IMG/VR virus record: IMGVR_UViG_3300025066_000069
Coordinates: 1 to 37,275 of that record
Origin: a virus
Lineage: Duplodnaviria; Caudoviricetes
Length of the DNA stretch: 37,275 nt
Strand: one strand, 5' to 3'
Shown: positions 18,300 through 29,073 of the stretch, in pieces
Position numbering within the stretch: the first letter of the stretch is position 1
Layout of the letters: every line of letters begins with the position of its first letter
Notes under the pieces: generated by a model
What the model saw: the letters and a program-made list of their open reading frames with translations, nothing else
What the model was told of the DNA's origin: nothing
The model's database searches: none
Made by a program: the position numbers and the translations under genes

Positions 18300-20027
18300 A
18301 TGCCAGATACGCTCTACCCCGGAAGCCAGTTCACGGACCCGCTTCTGTTCGCCAACACGGCGCAGCAGATCACGTCGGCGATCCCGCAGGGGATCCAGCT
18401 GGGGACTCAGATCCGCAGGCAGGCGCTCGCTGAACAGATGGCCGCCGAACAGATGGCCGCATCTCAGCGGGCAGAGGAGCGCCTTCTGGCTGACCGCCGG
18501 GTAGCGTCGATGGGTCCGGCCGACGGTGGCGGGGCTACGCGCACACGTCAGGGACAGTCGATGCAGGCCGGGATGCCGTCGGCTGAATACATGCCGTCTC
18601 TGGACGTGGTTCAGCAGATCATCGCGCAGGAGCAGGCGGAGCGTGCCGCATCTGAGGAGGCGATTGCTCGCCGTGGTCAGGCGTTTGCCCCGCAGTACCT
18701 CACGGAGAGAACCGCTCAGGCGGACCTTGAAAACGACCCCTACCTTGCAGCTTCGGCAGTAGCCGCGGATCAGGGTGTGATCGATCGCGCACGGGCGTTC
18801 ACTCCACAGATGGCTGGGGACGGGACAACTCCCGCGATGGGCGTGCTTCGCCGCCCTGGTGAACTCGATCCTGTGGCTCGGGAGCGTGGGGAGCACCCCG
18901 CAGGTGGTTCCCTCTCCATGCCGACGCGGACCGTTGGTATGCCTGCAATGGGGATCATGCGTCGCCCTGGCGAGTTCGACCCTGTGGCGCGAGCGTTGGC
19001 CCCCGAAGGGATGCCTCTTGAGGACCCCCTTGCGGGCCTCCTTCTTTCCCCCCAGGAGTCTCAGGCCCAGGTCGAAGCCGGCACCCTCGAGACGGATTCT
19101 TCTCCCGAAGAACGCCAGCGTTTCTGGCAGCAGTTGGGAGGCCGTCAGCGCGAAATGGGGCAGGAGCGCCAGGCCGTTGCCGAGGAGGAGGCTCGTGTTG
19201 CTGCCGAAGAGGCCCGTAAGGCCGAGGTTTCTCGGAACATGCGGGTCGTCGGGAGCACGACGTTCGGCAGGAAGTTGGATGGCGAGCAGCAGCAGGCGTG
19301 GGCGGAACTCGACCTCGACACTATGACGAAACTGCTCGGCAAAGAGCATGAGCTCGTCAAGGCCCGGATCGGGGAGCAGGGCGAACTTGCTCGTGTTGGC
19401 GAGAGTCGTGCGGCTCGGAAGGCTGAGGAGGCAGAGACCAAGCGTCGCCAGGAGGCGGTTCTCAGGGACGAGTACGCGAAGGCGTTCAACCGGATAGTTG
19501 AGAGCGACCCCGAACTGATGGAGGCGCTCTCGAACCCTGCGATTGCTGCGATGCCGTGGGCGCAGGACCGCGTTGAGGCGGCTCGACAGGAGGCGATGGT
19601 TGAGGCCAGCCGCATTGCGGCGCAAGACCTTGAGCCTGTGACAGCCAAGGCGGGAAAGGCCCCAGCTGTGTACGACGAGGCGATGCTGCGCGAGGCGTTG
19701 ACGGCAAACCCGGACATCCGTGCCGAGGGCATTGACGCTGCCCTCTTCCGGGCCCGCACTGACGACACGTTTGCTCGGAAGCTGCACGAAATGGCCATTC
19801 GCGGCGACACGATGGGGATCAACGAAGTGATCGCAGAGGCGATGATCGCTGCGGGAGGGGGCGCTTCTCCCTCGCCCGCTCCGGTCCCGACGCCGAAGCC
19901 TGAGAAGAAGGAGGCCAAACTGCAGGACTTCCCCGATCTCGCTTCGGTGGACGCTGCGGTAGCTTCAGGCGCATTGGCCAAGGACACGATCGTCACCGTC
20001 AAGGGCCGGCGCGTTAAGGCTGGCTGA
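18300..20027 (+). CDS. Putative internal virion (ejection) protein, 575 aa
   Basis: A/E/Q-rich helical protein preceding the largest gene, with an internal 17-codon duplication. Confidence 0.6.
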   Translation: MPDTLYPGSQFTDPLLFANTAQQITSAIPQGIQLGTQIRRQALAEQMAAEQMAASQRAEERLLADRRVASMGPADGGGATRTRQGQSMQAGMPSAEYMPSLDVVQQIIAQEQAERAASEEAIARRGQAFAPQYLTERTAQADLENDPYLAASAVAADQGVIDRARAFTPQMAGDGTTPAMGVLRRPGELDPVARERGEHPAGGSLSMPTRTVGMPAMGIMRRPGEFDPVARALAPEGMPLEDPLAGLLLSPQESQAQVEAGTLETDSSPEERQRFWQQLGGRQREMGQERQAVAEEEARVAAEEARKAEVSRNMRVVGSTTFGRKLDGEQQQAWAELDLDTMTKLLGKEHELVKARIGEQGELARVGESRAARKAEEAETKRRQEAVLRDEYAKAFNRIVESDPELMEALSNPAIAAMPWAQDRVEAARQEAMVEASRIAAQDLEPVTAKAGKAPAVYDEAMLREALTANPDIRAEGIDAALFRARTDDTFARKLHEMAIRGDTMGINEVIAEAMIAAGGGASPSPAPVPTPKPEKKEAKLQDFPDLASVDAAVASGALAKDTIVTVKGRRVKAG

Positions 20028-23000
20028 TGGCTTCGCGCTTCATAGACGAGGAAGAGGAGCAGCCTTCGGGCGGGTCTCGCTTCCTTGATGACGAAGCCCC
20101 CGCCGGAGGATCTCGGTTTCTAGACGAGGAGCCCGCGGCCCCCGTTGCCGACCCCCACAAGGCGGCCCTCCGCGAGCTCGTCCGCGACAAGGTGTACGCA
20201 GCGGAACTCCGCGTCTCTCCAGACGTCGCAGCGGTTCACGATGAGCCTACGTCGAAGTACCGGGCTGGCGCCCACGCCCGTCGCGGGATGCAGGTAAGCC
20301 CAGAGATGGCTGCCGACCCTGTCGCTCAAGCTGCAGCGAAAGGCGAGCGGGTCACTCAGCCGGCGGGCTCCCCAACTCCGATGATGCGGCTGGTCGACCT
20401 CCTGGACTTCGCGACATCGCCAGTTGCGCGTCCGCTTAATGCGGGCATTTCCGTTCGGGCGGACCTGAACACTCTACGTGGCAAGTCCCCAGAAGAGCGT
20501 CGGGCATGGGTCTCGCGTCTTCACAAGGACGACCCCCGGAAGGGTGCGTTTGGCGATCTTGTGGCGGCACTGGACCGTCAAGACATTGAGGGCGGCGGAG
20601 TTGTCGACAAGGCCGTCGGCACCATTGCTCGGCAGAACGAGCGGATGTTCCTGGGAATGCTCTCCGGCTCGATCGGTACGAGCCTGCCGCAGATCACACC
20701 GGAACTCGGCGTTCAGCGGGCAATGGACCGTCTCTGGACCGTCTATGCGGCTCCGAACACTGCAGACCCTTACGGTGGCACAGGGCTCCCTCGGCCGTGG
20801 CAAGACCTCGACGAGCACGGTCGTGTCGCCCAGGGGTCGAAGCCGTCCCATGTGACGGACGTGGCCCTTCGTGGCCTCGCAGCCAGCCCTGAACATGCTG
20901 AGGAGATGATCGGCGTTCGCCCCGCTCTGCAGCACCTTGGTTCCGACGTGCAGTCGGCTCTGGTCGGGCTGCTCAAGCCTGGGGACAAGTGGCTCGGCCC
21001 GAAGCAGATTTTCGTCGGCCAGATGATGGCGATGGCCGAAGGCGGCGATGGTCCTATCGCAAAGGCCCAGGCGTATAGAGAAGACGCGCATGACTTGATC
21101 GCGCAGGGTGATCTGCGCAAGGGGCTGTTTGTTGGCGAAGCGCTTCACACTGGCCTGGCTGACATGGGGTCGAAGAGTACGCCGATCGGCATGGTGCTTG
21201 GGGCGCGTCCGAACGCGGTGAAGACGGCAGCTGGCTTGATGACTCCCGAAGGGGCCGACGCGCTCAATGCGCAGCGGCGGGCGGCGGCGACCAAGTTGAT
21301 CGATGAGGCTGAGGCGCGCGTCGCGAAACTGGGGAGGGACCTTACTCAGCAGGAACGCTTGCTCATCATTCGTGATGCGATGACGGGGGTGGACAACCTG
21401 TTCAATATCGCGGACCGCGCAGCCCGACAGGGGCTCCGTCTAGGAGACGACGGCAAGTACGCCAAAGACCCCGAACTCGCCGGGCAGGTGGTTGAGCACG
21501 TAGACACGTCGAAGGCGGTCTATCTGTCTGACGACGGGAAAGTGGTTGTCGATTCGAGCAAACTTGATAGGACGATGTCGAGAGAGGGCGCCAACCTCTT
21601 TGAGGCGCGGTCCGCTGCGCAGGAGGTGATCGAGTCCGCCATTCGGTTTGCCACCACACGCGGCGACGGAACGGCGCGGATGTTGGTGATCAACGGCGAC
21701 CCGCTCGAACTCGGCCGATGGGCTGCAGCAACAGCCGAATGGGGCAGGACTCGTCTGCGCCCGATCGAGCGAGGGTTCGAGCCGTTCGCAGTGCGAGATC
21801 CTCATACTCGGAAGTGGCGGGTCGCAAAGCCGTCTGACCTGGTGGGGAAGAGCACTCTCGACGCGATGTACGCGGCTGCCGAGAAGCAGCGGCTCTCGCG
21901 GAACGCCTTCGCGCACAGCGTTGACGAGTCGGCGTTTGCTGTCTTCGACGGCCTCGCTACGAGGGAGCAGCGTAAGACGGCAATGCGGCTTGCTGAAGAG
22001 CTCGGGAATCCCTCATCCGAGGCCGACCTCATGGCCGGGCTGATTGGCGGGCTCGAGCGGCAGATCGGTAAGACGCTGCGGATCGTTCCTGCGAGCCGTG
22101 TGGCCGAAGAGGCTCGTCTTGCTTCAGATGCTTTGGCGTCGGCGGCGGATCGTCTGAATACAGCGTCCGCACGTCACCAGGAGGCGATGCGGGAAGCTGC
22201 GGCTGCGATCCAGGCGGGCGACAAGAAGGCCCGGAAGGAGGCGTTGAAGCGCGCGGAGCAGGAACTCGTGGAGGCTGAAGCCGCTGTGAAAGCGCTTGGG
22301 CCAGACCACGAGGAATTGGCAAAGGCCGCGATTGGCGCGGCACAACGTCGCAAGGAGGCGATGTACCGCGTCCAGAAGGCGGTTAAGAGGGCGAAGCGCG
22401 CGAAGGGCACAGCGGACGAGGCAGCGGCGCGGCTGGAGAAGAAGCAGACGGCCCACGCTGCGGCGAAGGCACAGGCAGACGCGCACCAGGCGGCGAATGC
22501 AGCAAAGGCCGCTGAGGGCAAGTCCGTCTCTAAGGCGGAAAGGGCTGCGTTGGCGTCTGCGCGCAAGGCTGCGGAGGACGCTCGGCGTGCGGTCGACGCC
22601 GCTGGACTCGACGTAAACGCCGCCCGGAAGGCTCTAGACGACGCCACGGCGCGGCTTCAAGGCTACAAGCAGGCACACAAGCAGGCTGCGGGCAGGTTCT
22701 CTCAGGCAACGAAGGCGATGAACAAGCGGGCTGCCGCTGCGGCGCGCGAAGCCTCTCGGCTGAAGGATCCCGTCGTCGACGCTCTGGAAACTGCCGCTAA
22801 GGCCGGACAGGCAGCGCGCGACCTGTTGAAGACAGTCACGGGATTCCGCACTGCCGCCGATGCCGCAGCCGCAGCCCGGCTCAGAACAGCCCTGGAAGTT
22901 TCGATCGAGCGGGCTGAGGCAGTTACGGAGAACGCGGAGTTCATGCGAGCGGTCGAGTCGTTGACCTATGCAGAAGCTCGGATGGCGGAACGGGCGATCA

Positions 23001-25882
23001 CCCGTGTTCAGAAGCGGCTGCGCACAGCTGGGGGCAAGAAGGTCTCCAGAGAGACTGCGCGGGGGATCGCAAAGGGCGAGTGGTACGCCTTGCCCGACAA
23101 GGTCCGTACAACCGTAGAGGGTGTCCGCAAGTTCTTCGACGAGATGTACGAGACCCTCAAGGCCGAACACAAACTGCCGGAGTCGTGGGACAAGGACGAG
23201 TTCTTTGAGCGGATGCGTGTAGAGGGGTATGTGCGCCACGCGATCTCTCGAGGTGGGCAGAAGAGCCTCAAGGCTCTACGCAAGACCTACGACCTCAGCA
23301 CAGACCTCGAATTCACGCTCCGACGTACAAAGAAGGGGACCATTGGGGAGATCAACGAGGCCGCCCGTCGGGACGTCGCAGAGATGATCTGGAACCACCG
23401 CCGGAAGAAGGCTGGGAAGACCGGAGGGAAGGCGTCTGCCGACGAGCTCGACGCGATCATTTACGAACACGGGCTCGACCAGATCGAGTATTTCGAGACA
23501 GACATCGTTGCTCTGATGCGTCAGTACGGGAAGGATGTTGCCCGCTCGACGAGCAACATGCGGTTCATCGACACGACACGAACCCTCTTCCCGGAGGGTG
23601 ACGAGTTCGCAGCGATGGCCAAGGACCCGACGAGTTTCAAGTTGTCCGGCATTGAGGACGTGGACGTCGCTGCGCACGCTGCGGGTTTCCGGCGAGTGGA
23701 CGGTGTCAGTCACGCTTATTCGGTGCTCGACACGGCAGCGTGGCCTGGCTGGAAGAAGTACAAGGATCAGATCGACATCATCTTGAAGGAGGGCACGCCC
23801 TCTGAGCAGATGACGAAACTCCACGAACTCATGGACTCGAAAGGGGTCCCTCGAAACTCCATCGTTCGCAAGGAAGTCGAGGTCGTCGCTGACGCGCTGT
23901 ACGTCCCGTTCCACGTTGCAGACTTTGTCGAGCGTCTTGCTGACCCGTGGTATCGAGAGGCGTGGTCGAAGTTGGGGTGGGCTGGCGAGTCCTTTGACGC
24001 GCTGACGAACTTCTTTAAGACGAGTGTTACGGTCGGTGCGCTCGCTTTTCATGGCCGCAACATCGTCAGTAACACCCTGCAATCACTGATGGTCTTCGGC
24101 CCGACCGCGGTCAGTCCGGCCAACCAGATGGATGCGATCGCAATCCTCACTGGCAAGCCAAGCGCGAAGTACCGCATCAAAATCAACGGCATCGTCCATG
24201 AGAAGACCATCGGCGAGTGGCGACAGGAGTTCCATGAAGCGGGGGTGCTGACGGACAAGGCCACGTTTGCAGACATCGATCAGACGTTTGAGTCGATGCG
24301 TGTCGATGTCCCCGCTGGGGCGAGGGCGACGTTGGTTGGCGCTGGCGTCGGGGCGGCTGCAGGAGCGTATGCGGGGGACGATGCCGGGGAGAAGGTTCGC
24401 CTGGCGCTGGCCGGAGCCATGGGTGGCGCGGCTGGGTTCGGCGCTGTCCGCGGCGGTTATGACGTCTACCTGAAGCGTGCGGTTCGCGCGAAGACGGGCG
24501 GCGCGGGCTTGATGCAGGCTCTCGGCGAAGGCGTCTCTGCCAAACTCGGTCGCGACATGCCGGCCGACTACTACCGTCGTCAGGCGTCGAAGGCCGGGTG
24601 GGGCGAGGCGTCGTCGCAGGTGCTCGAGGACGCCATCCCTGTACTCCGCGAAGGAGCGTTGGCCGCAGGGGCAGCCGGGACGGCCGTGGGTGGCGCTGCG
24701 GTTTTCTCCGGCGGCATCGGTGCTCTCGCCAGCCCCGCTGCGGCGGCGGCGGTGTTCGCGACAAAGGTCGGCGGGGAGGGGTTCTTCCAGATCGCAGGAG
24801 GGATCGGACAGGCCGTCGAGCAGCAGGCACGGCTCGCCAACTACCTCGCCGCTCGGAAGGCTGGGATGTCGGCGTTTGAAGCTGCGGCTCTCGTCAACAA
24901 GACGCTGTTTGACTACGGCGATTTGACGGATTTCGAGCGCCACGTCATGCGGCGCGGATTCCCCTTCTACACCTGGACATCGAAGAACCTCCTAGAGCTC
25001 CAGCCTTATCTGGCCACGCACCGGCCGCAGGCGTCCATAGCTTTGAGCAAGACCCTTATGGCGGTGGCTCGCGAGAACCCGACTGACGAGGATCTGTCTC
25101 TCCTCGACGACCACCTGAAGTACCGGTTCATTGTGAACACCGGAGCGGGGAAGATCGTCGCCGGGTTCGGCCTTCCGATCGAGTCTGTTGCAGAAATGAC
25201 GAAGCCGTCCGCCGCTGGTTTCCGCGGGATGGCGCACCCTCTGTGGCCCTTCTTTGAGCGGTTCGTGATCGGGGTTGACCCCTATTACAACGTCCCCCTC
25301 GAGGAGATCCGTACTGCTCGCGACGTGATCCACCTTCCGCAGACGTTCCATTCGTGGGTCGGGTTCAACGAAGCTATTCGGAAGAATCCAGGGGCCTGGT
25401 TGAAGGGCCATGATGCTCGTGACGTTCCTGAGATCGGCTGGTACTCCTACGAAAACGAGGCGGGGGAGACGGTCTGGTATGAGGACCCGGAGAAGGGCGC
25501 AGCTCGACTTGCGCTGCTCCGTTCGTTCCCGCCGTGGCGTCTCGTTGGAGAGATGAACAAGGCGTTGAATGAGTCGTTCATGCGCGGGGTGGGAAGCGGC
25601 TCCGGCCCCGAAGCGTCAACCGGCGAACGGGTGGCGGCGATTCTGTCCGGCGCGAAGCCTTACTCTGTGGAATGGGACGCGCTTGAGCGGAAGGTCTGGC
25701 ACCAGATTGAGACTGCGCTCAAGGAAGAGATGCTCGGGCTCGGGAAGTTGCAGGAGACGGCTTACCCGGTCACTGGCGGCATGACTGGCCCTGCTCCGGT
25801 TTCGCAGGTTGAAGGGCTTTACGGCAAAGAGTTCACACACCGCAAGTTGATAGACCCTGGCGCAGACGCGCCTGTAAAGTGA
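20027..25882 (+). CDS. Large internal virion / DNA-ejection (polyvalent-type) protein, 1951 aa
   Basis: Long Ala/Lys coiled coil, Gly-zipper hydrophobic segments and the C-terminal motif LFDYGDLTDFER..MRRGFPFYTW..KN seen in large phage ejection proteins. Confidence 0.7.
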   Translation: MASRFIDEEEEQPSGGSRFLDDEAPAGGSRFLDEEPAAPVADPHKAALRELVRDKVYAAELRVSPDVAAVHDEPTSKYRAGAHARRGMQVSPEMAADPVAQAAAKGERVTQPAGSPTPMMRLVDLLDFATSPVARPLNAGISVRADLNTLRGKSPEERRAWVSRLHKDDPRKGAFGDLVAALDRQDIEGGGVVDKAVGTIARQNERMFLGMLSGSIGTSLPQITPELGVQRAMDRLWTVYAAPNTADPYGGTGLPRPWQDLDEHGRVAQGSKPSHVTDVALRGLAASPEHAEEMIGVRPALQHLGSDVQSALVGLLKPGDKWLGPKQIFVGQMMAMAEGGDGPIAKAQAYREDAHDLIAQGDLRKGLFVGEALHTGLADMGSKSTPIGMVLGARPNAVKTAAGLMTPEGADALNAQRRAAATKLIDEAEARVAKLGRDLTQQERLLIIRDAMTGVDNLFNIADRAARQGLRLGDDGKYAKDPELAGQVVEHVDTSKAVYLSDDGKVVVDSSKLDRTMSREGANLFEARSAAQEVIESAIRFATTRGDGTARMLVINGDPLELGRWAAATAEWGRTRLRPIERGFEPFAVRDPHTRKWRVAKPSDLVGKSTLDAMYAAAEKQRLSRNAFAHSVDESAFAVFDGLATREQRKTAMRLAEELGNPSSEADLMAGLIGGLERQIGKTLRIVPASRVAEEARLASDALASAADRLNTASARHQEAMREAAAAIQAGDKKARKEALKRAEQELVEAEAAVKALGPDHEELAKAAIGAAQRRKEAMYRVQKAVKRAKRAKGTADEAAARLEKKQTAHAAAKAQADAHQAANAAKAAEGKSVSKAERAALASARKAAEDARRAVDAAGLDVNAARKALDDATARLQGYKQAHKQAAGRFSQATKAMNKRAAAAAREASRLKDPVVDALETAAKAGQAARDLLKTVTGFRTAADAAAAARLRTALEVSIERAEAVTENAEFMRAVESLTYAEARMAERAITRVQKRLRTAGGKKVSRETARGIAKGEWYALPDKVRTTVEGVRKFFDEMYETLKAEHKLPESWDKDEFFERMRVEGYVRHAISRGGQKSLKALRKTYDLSTDLEFTLRRTKKGTIGEINEAARRDVAEMIWNHRRKKAGKTGGKASADELDAIIYEHGLDQIEYFETDIVALMRQYGKDVARSTSNMRFIDTTRTLFPEGDEFAAMAKDPTSFKLSGIEDVDVAAHAAGFRRVDGVSHAYSVLDTAAWPGWKKYKDQIDIILKEGTPSEQMTKLHELMDSKGVPRNSIVRKEVEVVADALYVPFHVADFVERLADPWYREAWSKLGWAGESFDALTNFFKTSVTVGALAFHGRNIVSNTLQSLMVFGPTAVSPANQMDAIAILTGKPSAKYRIKINGIVHEKTIGEWRQEFHEAGVLTDKATFADIDQTFESMRVDVPAGARATLVGAGVGAAAGAYAGDDAGEKVRLALAGAMGGAAGFGAVRGGYDVYLKRAVRAKTGGAGLMQALGEGVSAKLGRDMPADYYRRQASKAGWGEASSQVLEDAIPVLREGALAAGAAGTAVGGAAVFSGGIGALASPAAAAAVFATKVGGEGFFQIAGGIGQAVEQQARLANYLAARKAGMSAFEAAALVNKTLFDYGDLTDFERHVMRRGFPFYTWTSKNLLELQPYLATHRPQASIALSKTLMAVARENPTDEDLSLLDDHLKYRFIVNTGAGKIVAGFGLPIESVAEMTKPSAAGFRGMAHPLWPFFERFVIGVDPYYNVPLEEIRTARDVIHLPQTFHSWVGFNEAIRKNPGAWLKGHDARDVPEIGWYSYENEAGETVWYEDPEKGAARLALLRSFPPWRLVGEMNKALNESFMRGVGSGSGPEASTGERVAAILSGAKPYSVEWDALERKVWHQIETALKEEMLGLGKLQETAYPVTGGMTGPAPVSQVEGLYGKEFTHRKLIDPGADAPVK

Positions 25883-25889
25883 GGCTGAA

Positions 25890-26273
25890 ATGGGTGCATA
25901 CTCTCGAAACATTGTCCGTCGCTCCACTGCACTGACTTCTACGTCGTTCACCAACAGTGAGAGCGCCCGTCAGGCAGTCCAGGCGGACGGGGCCAACCTG
26001 GCGGGCCCGGTCGGGATCTCCACGGTTCGCTGCAAGCGCAAGAGCGGGACCGGGACGAACGACATCACCGTCCGCGGCTACAGCGCGTCATCCGGTGGGG
26101 TGGAGATGTTCGAGCAGACGTTCTCTGCACTGGCGGACGAAGACACCGACTCGCAGACTTACGCGGCCTTGCTCCCGTTGGTTTCGGGGGAAGTCTTCTT
26201 TGTCACGTTCGAGAACAGCGCCGCCGATGCCAGCACGGCAGAGTTCACGGCTGACTACGAGGTCACGAAGTGA
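25890..26273 (+). CDS. Ser/Thr-rich beta protein, probably virion-associated
   Basis: GAGG RBS and phage-like codon usage. Coupled to the next gene by GTGA. Confidence 0.6.
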   Translation: MGAYSRNIVRRSTALTSTSFTNSESARQAVQADGANLAGPVGISTVRCKRKSGTGTNDITVRGYSASSGGVEMFEQTFSALADEDTDSQTYAALLPLVSGEVFFVTFENSAADASTAEFTADYEVTK

Positions 26274-27046
26274 GTCACCCTCGCCAGCCAGGCGGGGGAG
26301 CGACCCAAAGTCCCGCGCAGGATTCGTGGGCGTCTCGATGGTTCTGGGCTCCTGAAGACGCGACGGCATCGCACGACTTCCTCACAGCTGGCACCGACTA
26401 CACCGATGACAGTGGCGTCGCATGGGGGCTGGATTCTGACGGCGGTGCAGCGAACATTACTGGCCACGCATCGGCCGGAGTGCTCGGAGTTGATCACGAG
26501 GTTCCCGCACTACGGGTGACCACGTCGAGCAACAGCAGCAACATCAAGTTCAGAGAGACGCTGCAGACGTTGTGGGCCGACTATGCCTACGACGAACGGT
26601 GCTTGCTCGTCGTCAAGATGGTGGACCCGACACTGCCCTCGACGAACGATCGGTTCGCGATGCTCCGTGGGAACGATGCGGACTCATACCGTCTTCGCAT
26701 TGCAAACGAAAACACTTCCGGCGCCAACGTCCGAACGCAGCGCAGGCACAACAGCAGTAATAGTGAATCGAACCGCCTGAACGATACAGCGCCCGTCCTG
26801 GCGATCGAGTTCTGGGGCGACTCGTGTGTCACCTACCACGCGAGCACCTGGCCGACCGCCACCGAGCTTACGGACAACCTCACTGAGAACAACAGGTTCG
26901 CGTGGAATCGTGCGCCATCCACCGCAGAGTTCCTTGACGACACCACTGACGTGTTTGAGTGGCTTGTGCGGCGCAACGGCGGAAGTGACTTCACGATCGA
27001 CATCCTTCGGATGGAGCTCTTCAGCCGAAGTGCGAGTCTGGCATGA
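26270..27046 (+). CDS. Hypothetical beta-rich protein, possible receptor- or carbohydrate-binding virion protein
   Basis: 258 aa ORF coupled on both sides, rich in Trp, Asn and Thr. Confidence 0.55.
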   Translation: MSHPRQPGGGATQSPAQDSWASRWFWAPEDATASHDFLTAGTDYTDDSGVAWGLDSDGGAANITGHASAGVLGVDHEVPALRVTTSSNSSNIKFRETLQTLWADYAYDERCLLVVKMVDPTLPSTNDRFAMLRGNDADSYRLRIANENTSGANVRTQRRHNSSNSESNRLNDTAPVLAIEFWGDSCVTYHASTWPTATELTDNLTENNRFAWNRAPSTAEFLDDTTDVFEWLVRRNGGSDFTIDILRMELFSRSASLA

Positions 27047-27282
27047 GTGACACAACGACCTTCCCTGTGAAGATGCTGCATCGGCTCGACGAACGAGAAG
27101 CCGTGCGCTTGGCGCTACTGGACATCGGTGTGACTACCGGCTTCACCAGGAGCAAGAAGACTGCAACTGGGTGGATCGTATCCATCTTCCCGGAGGCGAA
27201 GAGTGACGAGGCTTTGGTTGGCCCTGAGCATCGTTGTCAGGTGAGTACGAAAGGCAACGTCCGCCGGCTCCGTTCGCGCTGA
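27043..27282 (+). CDS. Hypothetical protein
   Basis: ATGA overlap with the upstream gene, 79 aa. Confidence 0.55.
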   Translation: MSDTTTFPVKMLHRLDEREAVRLALLDIGVTTGFTRSKKTATGWIVSIFPEAKSDEALVGPEHRCQVSTKGNVRRLRSR

Positions 27283-27488
27283 TTACGGACCGTGCTAGGA
27301 CGAGAACGGACCCGGCAGCAATCCGCAATGCACCGCTACTCTGAGGGTGACATGATGACCGAAGACAACGGGGAGCGGGCAACCCGCCGGGCCATGGAAG
27401 AAGAGGCCCAAGAGCAGTACAGGGCGGCCGAATCGGTCATCGCGTCTATGGAAGCGGCAACGGAGTCGCTACACGGAGTCGAGGCACG

Positions 27489-27899
27489 ATGCACGACGAC
27501 GACGACGACGACGACGGGAGAGTGTCAGACTTGCTTGGGAGCAACCCACCCCAGCGGCGAGTTTCTGACAGTGTCGTCCGGCCCCACGTCCCAGCATGGG
27601 AGTCGTCAGCCTTTCTGGGGGCGATGGCGGAGCTTGTTCCGCAACTCTCTAGGACGATCGGCGCGCTAGAGGTCCGTATCGATCGGGCCGAAGCCGACAT
27701 CCAAGCGGCTCGAGCCGCAGGCGCAACTGCACAAGAACACGCCACCGCCGCCTGCAATGACGTCGAGTCGCTGAGGGCATCTATCCGGGCAAAGATGCTT
27801 ATAGCTGGGCTCCTGGGGGCCCTTGCCGCCGTCCTTGCCATCTACGCTCCGAATGTGCTCGCGTCATTGGCTGCTGCCATGAAGGGGATTCGGCCCTAA
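27489..27899 (+). CDS. Coiled-coil protein with a C-terminal transmembrane helix (holin-like)
   Basis: Heptad stretch followed by MLIAGLLGALAAVLAIYAPNVLA. Last gene of the + strand module. Confidence 0.55.
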   Translation: MHDDDDDDDGRVSDLLGSNPPQRRVSDSVVRPHVPAWESSAFLGAMAELVPQLSRTIGALEVRIDRAEADIQAARAAGATAQEHATAACNDVESLRASIRAKMLIAGLLGALAAVLAIYAPNVLASLAAAMKGIRP

Positions 27900-27943
27900 C
27901 AGGTGGCGCGTGTAGGATGCTCGAAACGGGCAGGGACATGGCG

Positions 27944-28513
27944 CTAGTTCCGGGCGTTTGACCGCATCGCGGCCTCTGCTCGAGCGAAGTCCTCAGCAGT
28001 GTCGATGTCGACCGCCCTTTGGTGGGGGATGCGGGTCTTGGCGCACCGTGGATGAGCAAACGGCTTCCCCTGTCGGAGCCTTCGCAGGCTCATACAGTAG
28101 ACGTTTCCGCTGGGGCGCTTGCCGTCGGTAGACGTGAACGCGCCGAGCCCTCCCGCCTTTGCCGCATTGATTGTCCTGAGCACGTCGGCGGTGAGGGTGA
28201 GCGGCGACGTTGGTTGTAGCAGGGTGACGAGCGCGTCCCCAGGGAAGCCGTGAAGCGCGTCGAGCACGGCAGATTCGGTGGTTGCCGTGTCGTGTGCGTG
28301 CTCCGGCAGCCGGTGGTGAAGGCCGACCATGTGCTGACGCGCAAACTCCTTCACTGCGATGTCGTCGGTCGTGCAGACAACGGCTCCGAAGCAGGAACTT
28401 CGCAGTGCCAGGCTAAACGCGCGGACGACGAGCGGTTGTCCGCCGAGGTTGGCGATGTTCTTGCCCGGGAGGCGCTTTGAACCTGCGCGGGCGGGGATGA
28501 TGGCGATGTTCAT
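27944..28513 (-). CDS. neuA: CMP-nonulosonic acid synthetase (acylneuraminate cytidylyltransferase, NeuA/LegF)
   Basis: [25 protein letters not shown] and [10 protein letters not shown]. Confidence 0.93.
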   Translation of the reverse strand: MNIAIIPARAGSKRLPGKNIANLGGQPLVVRAFSLALRSSCFGAVVCTTDDIAVKEFARQHMVGLHHRLPEHAHDTATTESAVLDALHGFPGDALVTLLQPTSPLTLTADVLRTINAAKAGGLGAFTSTDGKRPSGNVYCMSLRRLRQGKPFAHPRCAKTRIPHQRAVDIDTAEDFARAEAAMRSNARN

Positions 28514-29073
28514 TTCACCCTCCTAGCCGGCACCCCGACCACAGTCGCTCCTGGCGGCACGTCCTTCGTCACGACAGCGCCAGCGCCGACGACCGCACCC
28601 TCCCCGACTGTGACCCCAGGGATGACGGTTGCATTGGTCCCGACGAACGCCCTGCCGTGGACGGCGGAGCCCCCACAGAGGACAGCGCCAGGCCCGACGA
28701 ATGCGTGCCTCCCGACGATGGCGTCGTGCTCGACCACGGCCCGCGTGTTGACCAGCGTGAACTCGCCAACGGAGCTCCCTGGGTGCAGGATGGCCCCGGT
28801 GAGAACTTGAGCCCCGGCGCCGACCATGAGCACTTCACGGACTACAGCCGTCGGGTCAACGGCCGTCATCCAGTTCGTCCAGCCGTCAAGCACGAGCGCG
28901 TCGGCAACCTCCTGGCGGGCGGGATTGAGGCCAATGCCCATGACCAGCCGCGCGTCTTTCGACAGCCCTCGAACGTCGTCGGAGTGAACGAAGATGATGT
29001 TCTGGTGTCCTCGCGCTCGCAGGGAGGCTCTCAGGACGTGGGCGTGACCCGAAGAACCGATGATGTGGATCAT
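28510..29073 (-). CDS. neuD: NeuD/PglD-family left-handed beta-helix sugar acetyltransferase
   Basis: [27 protein letters not shown], hexapeptide repeats and VVGVPAR. ATG at 29073 overlaps the neuB stop. Confidence 0.9.
   Translation of the reverse strand: MIHIIGSSGHAHVLRASLRARGHQNIIFVHSDDVRGLSKDARLVMGIGLNPARQEVADALVLDGWTNWMTAVDPTAVVREVLMVGAGAQVLTGAILHPGSSVGEFTLVNTRAVVEHDAIVGRHAFVGPGAVLCGGSAVHGRAFVGTNATVIPGVTVGEGAVVGAGAVVTKDVPPGATVVGVPARRVK

Noticed and set aside
20027-25882. Tape measure protein or virion RNA polymerase
   Set aside because: No tail tube or assembly chaperone genes were recognised, and no polymerase catalytic motifs were seen.
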